Assembly (NCBI GenBank): GCA_026770705.1
Contig: JANJGN010000071.1
Span: 2,170,001-2,234,000, forward strand
From: Isurus oxyrinchus
Lineage: Eukaryota
Direction: 5' to 3'
DNA: 64,000 nucleotides
Positions 63,476 to 64,000 of this stretch are shown here, piece after piece (within the stretch, counting starts at the first letter, position 1; every line of letters starts with the position of its first letter). The notes below the pieces were generated by a model that was not told the DNA's origin, did no database searches, and saw nothing but the letters and a program-made list of their open reading frames with translations. Position numbers and translations under genes: made by a program.

Positions 63476-63862
63476 TTGGACTGTCACAAGAGTGGAAAGG
63501 TGACACTCCACGAGAGGTGACAGCGCAGGAAGGTTCGTGTGTACAGATTCCATGTCATTACAGTTATCCAGCACTTCTAGTAGGGAGAGCACGTGTTGGA
63601 ATCTGGTATGTGAAATGGTACACATGGAATACATGGAATACAAGGTCTAGAGGGACCATAGCATTTCACTCCAAGGATCACAGTCACGAGTTACCACGGT
63701 TCCACCATCGGACCCGGCTGTCTGGAGACCTGAAAGATGGCGGCTGTTCCCTGATTATAAACAACATCAGACGGGAAGATGAAGGATATTATTATTTCAG
63801 AATAGAATTTGACAATGGTCCGAGCCATAACTATTACCCTGTAACCCAGCTTCAGGTTTCTG
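63476..63862 (+). CDS. Gene E exon: Siglec-type V-set domain (gene continues beyond the window)
   Basis: ctctccag|tt...tctg|gtaagt; 387 nt open; GSCVQIPC..GCSL..YYFRIE. Confidence 0.92.
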
Positions 63863-64000
63863 GTAAGTGCTGTGTTATAATTACTCAACAATTCACATCC
63901 AACACTCAATGGGAAATAATAGTGTTTGATTTGCTTGTTTTTTGGCCGTGTTAACCAGCGTCACTATTTTTAATGATTTGTCTATTTCTGCTCCCAGATC

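Overview
Vertebrate genomic DNA, most likely a cartilaginous fish (inferred from shark-type CR1/L2 LINE tails, Penelope remnants and the 33-bp minisatellite). It holds a + strand tandem cluster of Siglec-like Ig-superfamily receptor genes. None is visible as a single ORF; I reconstructed them by hand from splice sites and exon phases. There are five gene units. A (393-10978): V exon deleted, C2b frameshifted, neutral TM, tail with three YxN motifs. B (13609-18004): pseudogene with leader, V and C2a. C (18959-20457): 5' stub, followed by an orphan activating-type TM exon with an intramembrane Arg (21973-22112). D (27064-36152): intact 471-aa leader-V-C2-C2-TM-ITSM gene with a Glu in the TM, followed by three more tandem copies of its two cytoplasmic exons up to 45269; only the last copy has a canonical ITIM. 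E (58470 to beyond 63862): intact leader and V, running off the window. The V domains keep the Siglec cysteine pattern and the sialic-acid-binding Arg and differ almost only in the BC and CC' loops. The best candidate for an undescribed system is a paired activating/inhibitory Siglec-like family with near-identical ectodomain exons, three different signalling ends and an array of alternative last-exon tail cassettes. The rest is transposon debris (CR1, L2/CR1-like, Gypsy, solo-LTR-like, MITE, Penelope), minisatellites and six assembly gaps. All splicing and function claims are predictions from sequence only.
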